Assembly (NCBI GenBank): GCA_964252035.1
Contig: OZ176207.1
Strand: one strand, 5' to 3'
DNA length: 64,000 nucleotides
From: Podarcis erhardii
Taxonomy: Eukaryota
Shown here in pieces: positions 12,349 to 25,907 of this stretch (its first letter is position 1; each line of letters opens with the position of its first letter). The position numbers and the translations under genes were made by a program. The notes beneath the pieces were generated by a model. That model was not told the DNA's origin. It searched no databases and saw only the letters and a list, made by a program, of their open reading frames with translations.

Positions 12349-12780
12349 GTGATGGGCTGCCAGGGTTTACTGATTCTTTGCCAGACCTTGCCCCTTTAAA
12401 TAGGCTCCAATCTTCACCACCTGAGGGGACTCCACCCATGGGAGATGAAGGGGCCTAGATGCATTGCCTCAGGCAGAACAAAGAGTGGGGAGACAGGGAA
12501 GATATAGAAACTCTCAAAGACAGTGAACAGGCTGGATGGAGAAGCCCCAAGGTGAGGAAGGGAAAAGACTGAACTGGCCAGCCCCCTGAGATGGGAGGGA
12601 GCTCAGCCCTCACTCCCATGCCACCTGCAAGCTACCTCCCTAAGCCCCAGTGGGTATGGACAGAGAGGGAATTCCAGCATCTTGGGTTGACCCAGCCACT
12701 ATCCTTCACAGGAAGGCACAGGGTTCCCAGACTTAAGCCTGCCCATGCCAACAGCCGGGAACCAGGGCATCCTTATGCCC
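12349..12780 (+). mobile_element. Possible LTR-derived fragment
   Basis: Starts tgtgat, has a TTTAAATA TATA-like motif and a GC-richer block within AT-rich DNA. Right boundary not defined. Confidence 0.25.
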
Positions 12781-15525
12781 TTTTACTGATGGTCTCCCCA
12801 ACACCCCTGAGGTGACTCTGGGGGAATCTGAGGATTTGGGATTTAGGGTTGCTTTTTTTAGGAAACCCCCAAGACTGAGATTTTTCGATTGACTTGCCTA
12901 AGAACCAGGACAATGTGCCGCCTTTGTAATTGGTAATGTCCAGGATAATCTGGACATATGGCTGCCCTAGATTTACTTTTGATAACAAGTGTGGAAGAGA
13001 GGGAATCAGAAGCCCTAGGGTAAGGGATTGTGCTAAAGCAGTTATCCCAGGAGAGGCGGCCTACTGAAATACTTTACGTGTTGCAGAAAGTCATCTGTTA
13101 CATGGAAGGAAGCAACATCCATGAAACAAAGCCTTATTTATAGTAGACCAGGCATAAATTCATGCCTTCCTTAAGCCCTTAATGAGACAGGGCCCATTGA
13201 ATATATGGTATATGCCTCCTTTGATGTGTCCCATTGGCTTGCTTTCGATCAACTCTTTACAATACAGCAGTTATTCTTGTAATTTGAGCTTATTTCAAAT
13301 AAATACTATAAGTGGATTTTGATGACAAATGCACAGGGTTATACAGAAAAACATTTATTTTTCTCAAAAGCAAACACTCTGCCACCCTTAAAAAAATCAC
13401 TCCTATGATAATTCTCAAGACAGAGCTCCCATACAACATGAGAAAATCTCATGAAAATTACTATGAAATTACTATGAAAATTACATAGTAAAATTCCCTA
13501 GAACATATATTTTACTTTCCTTCCTAGAATTAATGGTGCACAGCTTCCTAGCTATATACTCTTACTACAGTCCATTTTATAAGAATTCTGTCAGGGGAAT
13601 CATTGCAAAATTAAATTGTCCCTTTACAGAAAACATGTTTTGTGTGAATGAGTCCCAAGAGGAGCTATGGAACTTCAGAATGGAGTATAATATTTCTCTG
13701 TTGTTTCCAATTTAATTTGGTTCAGAGTTGCTAGGAGAGAAGAGAATTAGATGAATTTCTAGCAGCTGTTCTGTTTTTCAAAACAGCCATGTATCTAAAA
13801 GACAAGATAGTGGTGAAAATAGTTGAGCCAAAAGGAAGCTCAGAGAATGTGGCTATAAGTCCTATCCCGGAGCTATTTGGGGGGATTCCAAAAGTGGCCC
13901 CAACACAAAAACATTACATCATAGAAGATATGACACTAACTGTTCATTTTCTATTTTATTACAGGCTTGTATTTTAATTGTTCTTGTAAGCCACCCTGAA
14001 CAATATGGATATACTGGAAGGGCGGAATAGAAATATTTTTTAAAAATATATAATGACCTCAACTAGGACGAAAGGCTGTTTCCCCATCAAAAGGTCAACA
14101 AGCACTGTAAAATCTCTGAAGAAGAGATCGTAAATCTGGAGTGCTGAAATCTGTGGGGAAAAGTAACCAAGAAATTAGCATGGATAGATTTTGACTTTAC
14201 ATCAGCACTACAAAGATAAATAACAAAATCAGTATTACACTTTTGTTCTCTGTTGTATTTCTTTCCAGTTTTAATATATTCCATACCAAAACACTCACTA
14301 ATAGTCTGTGATAGAAGAGGAATGTGGAATCGCAAGGGAGAAGTTCTCCATGTTCATAAAAAGTGTTGCAAACTAAAATACTCTTTCATTAGTTTACTAG
14401 GGGATAACATGTTCCACAGCATAATGTGAACAAGGTCTGAAAAGATGAAAGCAGAGAAGATAAGAAGGCCTCTAAGCTTTGAGAAGATGAGAAGGAAAAT
14501 CTAGACATTATGTACAAAGGAGTATTAAGTACCCTCAAGGCAAATCTCCAATATATTTTGGATCAAGAATGAAGTACTTAAATGTATGAATTTCGAACAC
14601 CACAGGGATGATTTGATTTTAAATATGCCTAAATTACACTTTTTAAAAATCCTATACATGTTTTCTCAGACTTTCTAACCTTTATATTATATTTTAGGAT
14701 AATTAGCTGGGGGTTCAGGGACTAAGCCAGAAACAACAGCTAGGGATTTAAAAACTCCCGCTGATTGTAATGGGATTAAAATCTAAATCATCTGATTTAT
14801 ATAAAGGATTTCCATAAATTTTCTAGTTGTATAAAGCAGCTATCCTCCAAAATTAGATTTAGATAGAAATCAAGCATTAGGATGAATATTTAAAGCAGCA
14901 TTCTCTGCCTCATTTAAAACCAACTTGCTAAAAACTATGATTACTACACACACAAAATTCAATATTTTAAGAAAGAAAGCTTGCCTTCTCAAGTGGTTAC
15001 TTCATATCCTTTATCCTGTCTCTATGCTACTTTCTCCCGCATATGATGTGGCAAAGAGGGTACTTGAGATACTAAGAGAACTTTCTTTTCTGAGGGAATC
15101 TTTTATATATATAATGATTCACTGAAGAACCTCTAAGGAGCTTCCAAAGGGAGCCCTGTGTATTTATATTCTAGGAAGCACATTCTAAGAAGCATTTTAG
15201 TTCATGTGGTGGACTAGTAAGCAGGAATGTTTTAGGAAGTTGGTTTCTTGGAATTCAGGGTCAAAACTACCCCATTTACTCACCCCTTTATTTATTGAAA
15301 GCTTTCAGGGTACAACTAATTATGTCACAGTACAAACAATATAAACAGATTAAAAATGCAGCCATCTCTGATTGGCTCTTAGAAATGTCCCTGAGCTACA
15401 CCCCCTCTCTAGCCACACCTCTTGATGATGGACACTTCCAACTGCCTGAGCTCTGAAATCATAGCCATTTTACCACAAGTCATCATTTGACTGATCTCTC
15501 TCCCAGCAGCAACTTCATCAACAAT

Positions 15526-15669
15526 TCTTCAGATACACACATCTGTATCTGAAGAAGTGTGCATGCACACGAAAGCTCATACCTAGAACTAACTTAGTTG
15601 GTCTTTAAGGTGCTACTGGAAGGAATTTTTTGTTTTGCCTATGGCAGACCAACACGGCTACCTATCTGT
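15526..15669 (+). mobile_element. Penelope-like element terminal fragment with 15-bp TSD and short 5' inversion
   Basis: ctgaagaagtgtgcatgcacacgaaagctcatacc... matches the PLE terminal motif as I recall it. TSD aacttcatcaacaat at 15511-15525 and 15670-15684. Arms ttcttcagatac / gtatctgaagaa. Confidence 0.75.
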
Positions 15670-16905
15670 AACTTCATCAACAATGTTTTCTAGCTGACTA
15701 TACAACAGTCACCATTCTGGGCAGCAGCAGAGAGAAGCAGACACTCACATCTTCAGTCATTCATCTGAACATACAGGAGTTAAAAGAGTTGGGGGCACAT
15801 ATAAACAATCCGCACTCTCAAAGTTTCCATTCATGCAGACTGTCATGAATTGAGCCTGCGAAGGTATGAAGGGTGTTTCTATGCCTCTGCAGAATCAGGA
15901 ATCCTTATCAGGATTCTCAATCACATGGAGACTTCTAAGCTCCTCCAGTTGAACATGCATAGAAATCCCCTTCACAGCTAATTCATGAAGGTCTGAGAAA
16001 TATCAGCACAGCTGAAACAAAAATTATCTTAGAGCAGTCATTGCTTTCATTCACTATTTTTCTATGTGGAAAAGGAAAGGCCTCTTTGTCCCGAAACTGA
16101 ACCGTTAAGTGAAATATCTTTGTCATTTGGATGCCCAGGTCTCCCTCTCTGGCATTCCTAACTCATTGTGCAATTTGGACTAAGTCAACGATCCATCTGT
16201 TCCATCAGTTGGAAGGCAATATCTAATAAGAAACCAAAATCTACTTTGTTGCAATTATATTAACTCATTAAATGTTTCAGGACGTTATCCTTTTAATGGC
16301 TAATATTAGTTTAGCAATTAATTCTAGAACATATCTCCAACTTGTACTGTATAGGTGGGAACACATTGCAAGCTGTCAAGCAATCAGTGAGAAGATGACA
16401 CATCCAACTTTTTAGACTGTTATTTAGTTACTGTTCTGGATAATACTGTACAAAAAAAACCCCCAACCTGTCCCATCTCTTTTCTACTGTTTTCCAACAT
16501 TTAATATGGGGGAAAATGCATCCTGGTGAAATTATAATAGTGAGGTAAGGATTATTATTTTTTTGTCATGCTTGCCTAAATTTTAAGGTGACCAAGAGGT
16601 GTTTTCATGCATCCTCTCATTCTTCAAATCATCTTAGAAGTGGTATTTCACATTGCCACTTTCCTGTGTGGCAACACTGCAATTAAAGCCCCAGGAAAGA
16701 CAACCAAAGAATTCCCTCATGGGTTTGTTTGTTTTTGAGGGGGAGGGGTTGGAGGAAGTGTGGGCAGCCATGATTTATTTTGGAGCCCTTCACACAACAT
16801 GGAAAATAGAACACAAATTTGCATGTGATACAAAGGATATGCAGACTGGTGCCCTTTTTTTTGTGAGTGGGTCCACAGAATATGTGTATTTAGCCCAGAA
16901 AAATC

Positions 16906-17130
16906 TTAAGAGCGGTGGACTCATAATCTGGGGAACCGGGTTCGATTCCCTGCTCCTCCACATGCAGCTTCTGGGTGACCTTGGGTTAGTCACACTTCTC
17001 TGAAGTCTCTCAGCCCCACTCACCTCACAGAGTGTTTGTTGTGGGGGAGGAAGGGAAAGGAGAATGTTAGCCGCATTGAGACTCCTTAGGGTAGTGATAA
17101 AGCAGGATATCAAATCCAAACTCTTCTTCT
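16906..17130 (+). mobile_element. Squam3-like tRNA-derived SINE with (CTT)n tail
   Basis: B box GGTTCGATTCC and tail ...gatatcaaatccaaactcttcttct. Closely matches the reverse complement of 49081-49343. Confidence 0.85.
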
Positions 17131-18375
17131 GCACAGCCCTCCTCAGCCTCCACTCTGGCCCGTGTAAACCAGCAGGGCTTCACAATCCACCACTACATTC
17201 CACCCACCCCAGAACTATAGAAATACTTGAGTGCACATAGCAGTGAAATATTTGTCTCCTTTCCCTCAGTATACTTTTGACCATCTTCCAGTATAAATCT
17301 ATACACATTTCCAACTGCATGTTCAGAATATTTATGCTAATACATTCATATTATTCTACAGTAATAAGTACTGATTACAAAAAAAGACCCATAAAATGGA
17401 CATCATGGATAGATTTTATTATACAGTTAACATCTTTTATCATTTGATATATATCTTTTTCCTTGGGATTAGTTTTTATGTCTACAGTCTTATGCTAAAA
17501 TTGATGACTATAAGTGGTATAATTTACATGGCTATTGATCTAAATTGAAATCAAATTGTTTCCGTCCTTTCCATCTGTTTCAGCCCACATGCAGCATTGG
17601 TTTCTTGCCTTTTAAATCCTGAGATGGTTCATTTTTAAGAATTCTTAAACAAAACAAAGGTCATGTAAGCAAAAAGCATGCAAGCAAAAAGTGGACGTAA
17701 CTTTAATAGATATGAACACTATATCTAAACCGTTTAAGCAACCACGGTGCCACAGTTGATGAATGTTTATTGAACATTCACCCTGATTTGTGTGTGAAGA
17801 GGTTAAATAATTAGTGTCAAGCAAGAGTTATCCCACACTTTCCAATGCATTTTCCCAACACTTTCCTTACTAGAAAAAAAGTCTCTTTTTAAGGGGAGGG
17901 TTTGTTACACAAGAGCTCAAAATCTAATTGTACAACCTGAACTGGTTGATCTATGATTGAAGGCCACTTGGAAATGGTAACAGTCTAGAAGCACCCTGTA
18001 GTCATGAGCAGAAGACACAGACCTGAATGAGCTGGGACCAAGGTATCTTCGAAATCTCAGGAATCACATTCTCTCATGCAAACCCGTGGGAGATCCTGTT
18101 TCCAAAGCCTTTGTTGTGATGGATCAGTCCTCCCCAACCTGGTGTCCTCTAGTTGTGTTGAACTTCAGCTCCCATCACCCCTGACTGTTGGAAATGTTTG
18201 GCTAGAGCTGATGGGAGCTGCAGTCCAAAATATCTGGAAGGCATCAAGTTGGACAAGGCTCTCAAACAGAATACAAAAAAAAAAACCAACCTGCCTTCTT
18301 GCAGGTCAGACAATTTGCCATCCTGTTACTGTTGCCTATTTTGACTGGCAACAAAAACATTATTATGGTGTAAGC

Positions 18376-18511
18376 CAGGCATAGGCAAACTTGGCCCTCC
18401 AGATCTTTTGGGACTACAACTCCCATCATCCCTAGCTAACAGGACCAGTGGTCAGGGATGATGGGAGTTGTAGTCCCAAAACATCTGGAGAGCCAAGTTT
18501 GCCTATGCCTG
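18376..18511. mobile_element. hAT MITE, palindromic, 8-bp TSD
   Basis: TIR caggcataggcaaac / gtttgcctatgcctg. TSD gtgtaagc at 18368-18375 and 18512-18519. Confidence 0.93.
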
Positions 18512-18575
18512 GTGTAAGCTGCTGTGGACCAGCACTATGCTGAGTGATAACATGTTGCCCCAACTGCATTAGAGT

Positions 18576-18765
18576 AGAAACATAGGAAGTTGCCTTATAT
18601 TGAGTCAAATAATTTGTCCATCTAGCTCAATACAGTCTGCACTGACTGGTTGTGGCTCTTCAGGGTTTCAGACCAGCAGCATTCTCAGCTCTGTCTGAAG
18701 ATAATGGGGATTTAACCTGGGGCAATCTGCATTTAAAATAGATGCTTTGCTATTGAGCTACAGTC
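18576..18765 (-). mobile_element. Old tRNA-derived SINE with CR1-like 3' tail
   Basis: Plus strand reads agaaacataggaagttgccttatattgagtca...gagctacag. Related copies at 39466-39650 and 52321-52500. Confidence 0.65.
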
Positions 18766-19629
18766 ATTCATGAGCTAGGCTAAGCTACATTCCTCTCTAT
18801 TAGGAGGTGGTTGTCTTGACAGAACAGCACAAGCACCATGAGCTGCTAACCCTTGCCAGCTACAAAATCAAAATGGAGGTGTAGGGACAAAATTGAAGTG
18901 CTTTAGCAACACAAAGGGCTTATTTCAGAGAAACACCTTTAAAATCAAGTGGGCATTTGCTGTCATTTTGTTTGACATGTGGATTGCAGATGTGGGACAA
19001 CGCACAGCAAATCTATGCCCATCTTCTCAAAGCCATTGTGCCATTTTGTGCTGTGGACATGGCATAAATAATAAATATTCCTTTTATATTCTTGTATTGG
19101 AATATTTATGGCACCATCATTTATACAATCCATATCATTGCCTCAGACAAAATTGCAATAATTGGACTTCTGTGCAAGTTTAAGTGTCAGCCTGGCACTT
19201 TTGACTTATTGATGGATCGACTATGCAAATGGTGCTCTCTGGAATAAAAGGAGAATTTGTAATGATGAAGCTAAAAGGAATCTTTTTATAACTTCAAGCA
19301 GCCTAAGGCAGTGGTAGCACTTGTCATCTGTCACTCTTGGGACAAGCATTACCAGGAACATTTAGCCACTATACATTTTGAATATGTCAAGGAGAAGTAG
19401 GAGTTGAAAGTAGGCAGACTTCAAATTTATCCGTGTTAGTCACTGTAGCTTTTGAGTAAAACAAGCAGCAGAACAGAAAAATTAATGTATAATAAAGCTA
19501 TTAAGAGTCAATGCCTTTAACCTTTTCAATAGCTGTGGAACATTAAATGTTACCTTTTTTTACCCAAGGCTTGATTAAACACTATTGCTGATGAAATTGT
19601 AGGGGAGAGTCTGCCTCAGTAGGGGTATG

Positions 19630-19744
19630 CAAGGCTTTTTGTCAGCCAGAACTTGCCAGAACTCAGTTCCAGCACCTCTCAAGTGGGCACCATTGCTATT
19701 AATTGTGAGTTCTGGCACTTCTTTTTCTAAAAGAAATAGCTCTG
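19630..19744. mobile_element. hAT-like MITE fragment
   Basis: Shares ccagaactcagttccagc...gggcaccattgc...gagttctggcac.tctttttcta with 52187-52320. Confidence 0.65.
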
Positions 19745-20009
19745 AATACCAGGTAGAAGACATTATTCATCTAGAAGAGAAGAAATGGGGAATAGAAGGA
19801 TAACCAGTAGGCAGCAATCTGGATGAACTTAGAGATGTACAGAAAAGTATGTTCATGTCTACAGCATTGGGTTGTTATGTTACTGCTTAGACGAGCGTAG
19901 GGAGAACAGTAGGATCTCAAACCCCAAGCACAAGCTGGGTGCTGCAGACACATAGCGTTGTACTCATGGAAGTTGTCTCATCATTTTCTCCATTCTCCAA
20001 AAACACTTA

Positions 20010-20261
20010 CCGTATTTTTTGGTCTATAAGACTCACTTTTTCCCTCCTAAAAAATAAAGGGGAAATGTGTGTGCGTCTTATGGAGCGAATGCAGGGTGCG
20101 CAGCTATCCCAGAAGCCAGAACAGCAAAAGGGATTGCTGCTTTCACTGCACAGTGATCCCTCTTGCTGTTCTGGCTTCTGAGATTCAGAATTTTTTTTTT
20201 TTCTTGTTTTCCTCCTCCAAAAACTTGTGGTCTGGTGCGTCTTATAGAGCGAAAAATACAG
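20010..20261. mobile_element. Tc1/pogo (Tigger-like) MITE, TA TSD
   Basis: TIRs ccgtattttttggtctataagac / gtcttatagagcgaaaaatacag flanked by TA on both sides. Confidence 0.88.
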
Positions 20262-21025
20262 TACTCTCTTTTAACAAAGGACAATGCAAGGAATTCTTCT
20301 GCTGCACTCATCATATTGATACAGCTTCTTCAGTACCTGATGTTCTATCATCCATCGCCAGCAGTTTCAAGTTATTCCCCTGTGAAAGCTGCTGCCTTAT
20401 TTATTGTACTAGTATAGAGACTGAATTTACTAGCCTGGCAATGAGCATTACTGGGGGTTGGGTGATGTTCCTAAATAATGGTAGAGGACAATTGTTTTGT
20501 TTGCAGTAAAGTCTGCACTATCCAAACTGTACTCAGGGGAAAACAGATCTCAAATTAGACTTAAAAGTCTTCATAATAATAATACACATCATTCTAAAAA
20601 TCTAGGATTTGTTGTATTTCATAACATACCAGTAGGTACAATACAGAACATTTGTCTGCCCAATACAGGAGCAATGGAAAGCACAAGAAATTGCAGGAAA
20701 GGAAGACATTTTCTATTTAAAGGGCAACAAACAGAGTAGCAAGGTTACAGTGCATTTTATAAATTGCAAGTACAGAAAACTAGTTTCCGACTACACTTAT
20801 AATGCCCTATTCTCATTTTCAGCAACCTGAACATAATATTATGACCTTTTCATTTTGACATTTAAAAAAGCTTAAGCAAACATTACATGTCTGCTTCATG
20901 TTAGTTTTCAAACTGCCAAGGCTCCAGTTTGAACAAGGACATAAATTCTTGGAGTAAAAGAAGTGTGATAGTGTGTGCGTGTGTGCACGCGCATAATTTC
21001 TCTTGTCAAGAAATTATTAGGAGGA

Positions 21026-21138
21026 CATTCAGCTACGTTTTACTCAGGATAGAACCAAACCACTGAAATTAATGAACTGAGTTAGGCCCGTTAATTTCAG
21101 TGGGTCTATTCTGAGTAAAACTCAGTTGAATGCCACCC
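21026..21138. mobile_element. Palindromic hairpin repeat (MITE-like)
   Basis: Arms cattcagctacgttttactcaggatagaacc...ccactgaaattaa and ttaatttcagtgggtctattctgagtaaaactcagttgaatg. Confidence 0.75.
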
Positions 21139-23853
21139 TTTGATTCCTGATTTGTTTACTTTTAATGCTCTCACATAATGTAATCTTTAAATACAGGAGC
21201 GGAGATGAATCTTTAATATCTGAGTTCCAGTTGGAATATTTTCTGTGTTATCAAACAGACAAAAGGGAAGATGTGTATTGCTTAATTCTTCTCCCCATCA
21301 AACACACTACATTTGTACGTTAAGAAGACCACCTTTAAAATGGTGCTTACTTTCATATAAAGTAAGTCATATAAAGAAATCTTGTCATCTTGACTTGAAG
21401 ACAAGCATTAACAGTGCAGTTCTATTATGTCTTCTCAGAAGTAAGTACTATTGGCTGAAATCCAATGTAGTTTAAGTGGATGTCCATTTGCACAATGGGG
21501 CTTCTTCCTCCCCTCACTCTTACAGTTTTCCAAGTTACCCCAAAATGAGCTCTGGGTGACTGGGGGATTTAAAAAACAAACTTACAGGACACTTTCCTTC
21601 CTGCCTGCTTTGCTGAGTAGATCTCAAATTTAGCTGGGAAAAGTTAATAGACCTTTGTAGACCCAAAATGATAAGTCCTTTTCTCAACACAGGCCCCCTA
21701 CTCACATAATCCAGTGTAAGGGGAGATCTTTAATTGGAAAATTATCTCCCAATAAAAGGAAAATATTGCATATAGCTGTCTATAATCTTAAATATTCGAA
21801 GGTTTAGTGTTTCGTTCACATGCCCTTATGTATTAAAATTGCTGGCCATATAATACCTGTCTAGCCAGTTCATATTCATTAATGTGAAAGTGTTATTCAA
21901 TTTCGTGTAAAAGCGTTATTCACAGAGAAGCAGCTATTTAAATCACAGAAGCTTAAATGGCCAGTGAACTCTTTTCACTACCAAACACTCGAACCTCATT
22001 AAAAAATCTTATCAATAAAAAAACCCAATCTAGGATGAACATGCTGTATTGAAATGAGGAGAAGCTGATGTCAAGGAATTCATCAGAGCAAAAAAATACA
22101 AATATGACAACTGTTTCCTGATTTGCAGTTCACATTCCACCAAGGTGTGTGAAACCCAGATTTTCAGATTATTTCAAAAGTGATTATTTGCCTGTTGGAT
22201 GTGTTTGGTGCTCAGAGATAAACTGATCATTTTGGGATATCAGCAGACAGCTTGACACGGCTGTAAAGATTTCCAATGTGCTTGTCTTATCTGATAAATC
22301 CTTGTTTAGCAGAACTTCAGGTCAAATGTCCTCATAAAAAAAAGCACCCTTCAGTTCCTGTTGAACATTTCCTCGACACCCTGTATTTTTTAAAGGAGTC
22401 AATTGCAGCAATCCTGCCACCACGTGATAGATTAGCTGCTCTTTGTAATTATATCTTATTTCTACTGCTCTCACCACTTGAAGCAATATATTATAGTTCC
22501 ACTGCACTGAGACCAAATGTTAAAGTTGTCCTTTTATTGAAACCCACCACTGTGCTACTTTATGAGAACACTCCTTAAAGATAACTTCCTTCTACATAGT
22601 AACTATATTGACTTTTGACAGGCAGGCCACATGTGCTAAAGGTGATCTGGCAACCTTTTTACCTCAAAAACTTAACAGTTTGCCTGCCAAATGGCCTTTA
22701 ATGACAGCATGGGGAATCTTATTAGAACATTTACATAAAGGTTTGGTAGCAGTTTTCTCTAAGGATTAAATGGTTCTTTCACAGCCCATAAAATGGTTAT
22801 CGGCTCAAATCTAAATTCAGACATAAACTCATGCAAGCTCCAAGCTGTGAGTTTCTTCTGCAGCTTACATTCACAGAAAAAGACCACTCAATCTTCTCTA
22901 TATATTCTTCACCATTTTGTGATGTCTACCTTCTCCTCACCCCCTCCTACCACCCCATGCTTCAGAATGATGCTAGGGGGGCAGTACACTATGGAGCATA
23001 TAAAATGGTGGTCAGACTACTCAACATCAGGAAAAGGAAAAACTATGCTACTAAGGATATATTAATTACATTTAATTCTCTGCGGACCTATATGTGCAGG
23101 TTAGGAAAAAATAAAAGAAAACCAGCTGATGCTTGTTTTAAAAAATGCACAGCTTGCATATAAAGAGCCCCAGTAGCAGAGTTTCAATCCCATCATTAAG
23201 CAGATTTAGTGAAGCATAGGCATAGGCTTAGGCTTTTAAACCTTTGTTTAATATGTTCCAGCTAACTGAGCCAACTTTGACTCCTTTGACCCCTCCTGCA
23301 AAGAAACAGACCACACAACGAAGCAAGTTTAAAATAGACTTTACTTACAGTGATGCATTGTCCTTAGTAGCAATGTTAAAATGCAGGTAAATATTCTTGG
23401 TTGAAAAATACAGCCAGGGCAACCTCAGAGGCAGAGAGATGTGTTGAGGCATGTTTGCCTCTGTTGCATGCAGCAAGCGAGAGAGAAAGGAACAAGAAAC
23501 AAGTCTTGCTTCCTGGCTCTCAGGAGAAGAGGGGACATTGCGTCACTGAGCCTACTCTAGCAAATTAGAACTCTGTGGTCCTTAACTCCTTCACATACAC
23601 AGTTAGGTTTGACTGCAAATCTCTCACAACTGCTACCCATAATGCTAAGCCCCATTTCCAAGAAACTATTGAGGGAGAATTTTTCTTCCCCCATGAAGAA
23701 ATGTGATGCAATTGTTCCCTTCCCCACCATTTCTCTGCAAATAAATGTGGTAGAGAATTTTGAAAGGCCATTTGTACAAAGCTCCAGATATAGTTTTCCA
23801 ATTAGCAAAACACAGACAATAAACCAGTAGCATAAATTAATTTATAAGGATTG

Positions 23854-24315
23854 CCATATTTACTTGAGTCTAATGTCCCATTGAGGGACATGGGTGGCGC
23901 TGTGGATTAAACCACAGAGCCTAGGACTTGTCGATCAGAAGGTCGGCAATTCAAATCCCCACCACGGGGTGAGCTCCCGTTGCTCGGTCCCTGCTCCTGC
24001 CCACCTAGCAGTTCGAAAGCACGTCAAAGTGCAAGTAGATAATTAGGTACCGCTCCAGCGGGAAGGTAAACGGTGTTTCCGTGCACTGCTCTGGTTCGCC
24101 AGAAGCAGCTTAGTCATGCTGGCCACATGACCTGGAAGCTGTACGCCGGCTCCCTCGGCCAACAAAGCGAGATGAGCGCCACAACCCCAGAGTCTGTCAC
24201 GACTGGACCTAATGGTCAGGGGTCCCTTTACCTTTACCTTTAATGTCCCATAGAATCTAATGCACACCTTAATTTGGCCAAAAAAAAGGTGAGCATTAGA
24301 TTCGAGTAAATATGG
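23854..24315. mobile_element. Short Tc1/pogo-like MITE interrupted by a Sauria SINE
   Basis: TIRs ccatatttacttgagtctaatg / cattagattcgagtaaatatgg. An uninterrupted relative is at 51346-51507. Confidence 0.8.
23882..24240 (+). mobile_element. Sauria SINE (Squam1), full length, 11-bp TSD
   Basis: Head gggacatgggtggcgctgtgg, tail ggtccctttacctttacctt. TSD taatgtcccat at 23871-23881 and 24241-24251. Confidence 0.94.
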
Positions 24316-25690
24316 TAATCCTTTTGGCCTGTGCAACCCAAAGACAAAAGAAAATAATCTCTATATTGAACCTTCCATTTGTTTTGAAAAGTAATGTATC
24401 CAAATCCACTCAACTATCAAGTTCTGTTCTTTAAACTTTGTCAAGTTGATTGCCACCAATTCATTCTCATTTTGAGAACTGGCAATGTCTACAAGGCCAG
24501 ATGTTTAGATTAATAACATGACATCCATTCACTGGCTGTTCTACTTATTATATTTTCTCTTTTAAAATTTATACTTGGGCAAGAGTGCAGGAAAGAACTG
24601 CACAGAAAAAGTGTTGGAAGCAGTGATTTTAAGAAATGTCATATTAAACTTTTTACATTACAGTTTTAAAGTGGCAAAGTGATTGCAAGTACAAAAAAGA
24701 AAAGAAAAAGAAGAATCTATGAAATAAGATGTAGGAAGTCAAACTTTACAATAAAAATAGAATATGCCCAGGCTTTGTACTTTTAAGTCACTGTGCTTTA
24801 AAAGCATCAATATAATTACCTGTTTTATGGGAATCGTGCTTGCTTTGTGCTAGAAAACTGCTCTTATCTAGCAATCAGCCACAGAAAGAATGAAAAAACT
24901 CAACGAACAACTATTGCGCTTTAGGAATTAGCAATGACTCTGGCTGGGTGAAAAGGAATCATAACAACTTTATATCACATGGGGGTACAAAATGTCAATA
25001 CTAAAAGATTGTTAAAGCCATGAGGGGAAATTAAGCTGCATCTTACCTGACATCTCTTATCAAACACTGGGGAGGGGGGAAAACCCTGACCCAGAAAATC
25101 CCTCTTTCAACTGCAGAACATATTTGATGCAGCATATTTCCTTATTTGCTTCTCAAGGTTAGGAAACAATGTTAGTAGCCTCCTTAGCTTTCTAAAAAAG
25201 TAAGGGTCATCATTGTCAAAAACATGCTGAGGTCCAGAACTAATGTCCCACTACTGCCACCCTGCTCTATCACTGAGACCTCCAGAGCCATGATGTGGTA
25301 TTGCTGCTGCTTGCTGCTACCGCCCGTCACTCATCTCATCCTGTCCCCCCTGCAAATGTGTTTAAGCAGTGGTGCTCATTATGGGAGATGAACCAGTGCT
25401 CAGCTCCTTTTATCAGCACACTTCCAAGAATTAGCACTAGCACAAGGTGATTCCTGATACTTTCCTCCCTCTGTGTACAACTCATGCCATCCTCACATCT
25501 GCTTTGGAAGGTGGGGGTACGGGGACCCAAGAACGGATTTAGGGGGTGTACAGGAGAGGAGAGTAGGAGAACGTTCCATTTCACAAAGAGAAATCCTTGC
25601 GCTGACAGAACATTCTGTTTAGTGCTACTACAACTCTTAGTGCTCAATGTCAAGACTTTGCTCCCAGCTGTGAAGCTGTGAAGCTGTGAA

Positions 25691-25907
25691 GAGAAGATTC
25701 CCTGGAAAAGACCCTGTTGTTGGGAAAGATGGACGGCACAAGGAAAAGGGGACGACAGAGGATGAGATGGTTGGACAGTGTTCTCGAAGCTACCAGCATG
25801 AGTTTGACCAAACTGCGGGAGGCAGTGGAAAACAGGAGTGCCTGGCATGCTCTGGTCCATGGGGTCATGAAGAGTCAGACACAACTAAACAACTAAACAA
25901 CAACAAC
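25691..25907 (+). mobile_element. Bov-B (RTE-clade) LINE 3' end
   Basis: ctggaaaagaccctgttgttgggaaagat...ccatggggtcatgaagagtcagacacaactaaacaactaaacaacaacaac: classic Bov-B ORF end plus (CAA)n tail. Confidence 0.9.

Noticed and set aside
13443-13495. Short atgaaa(a)ttact repeats, and CRISPR-like arrays in general
   Set aside because: Only about three adjacent units without spacers. The DNA is eukaryotic and no repeat-spacer array exists in the window.
19262-19350. C/D-box snoRNA (ATGATGA C-box-like; also near 48378 and 55349)
   Set aside because: No properly placed CTGA D box with a terminal stem.
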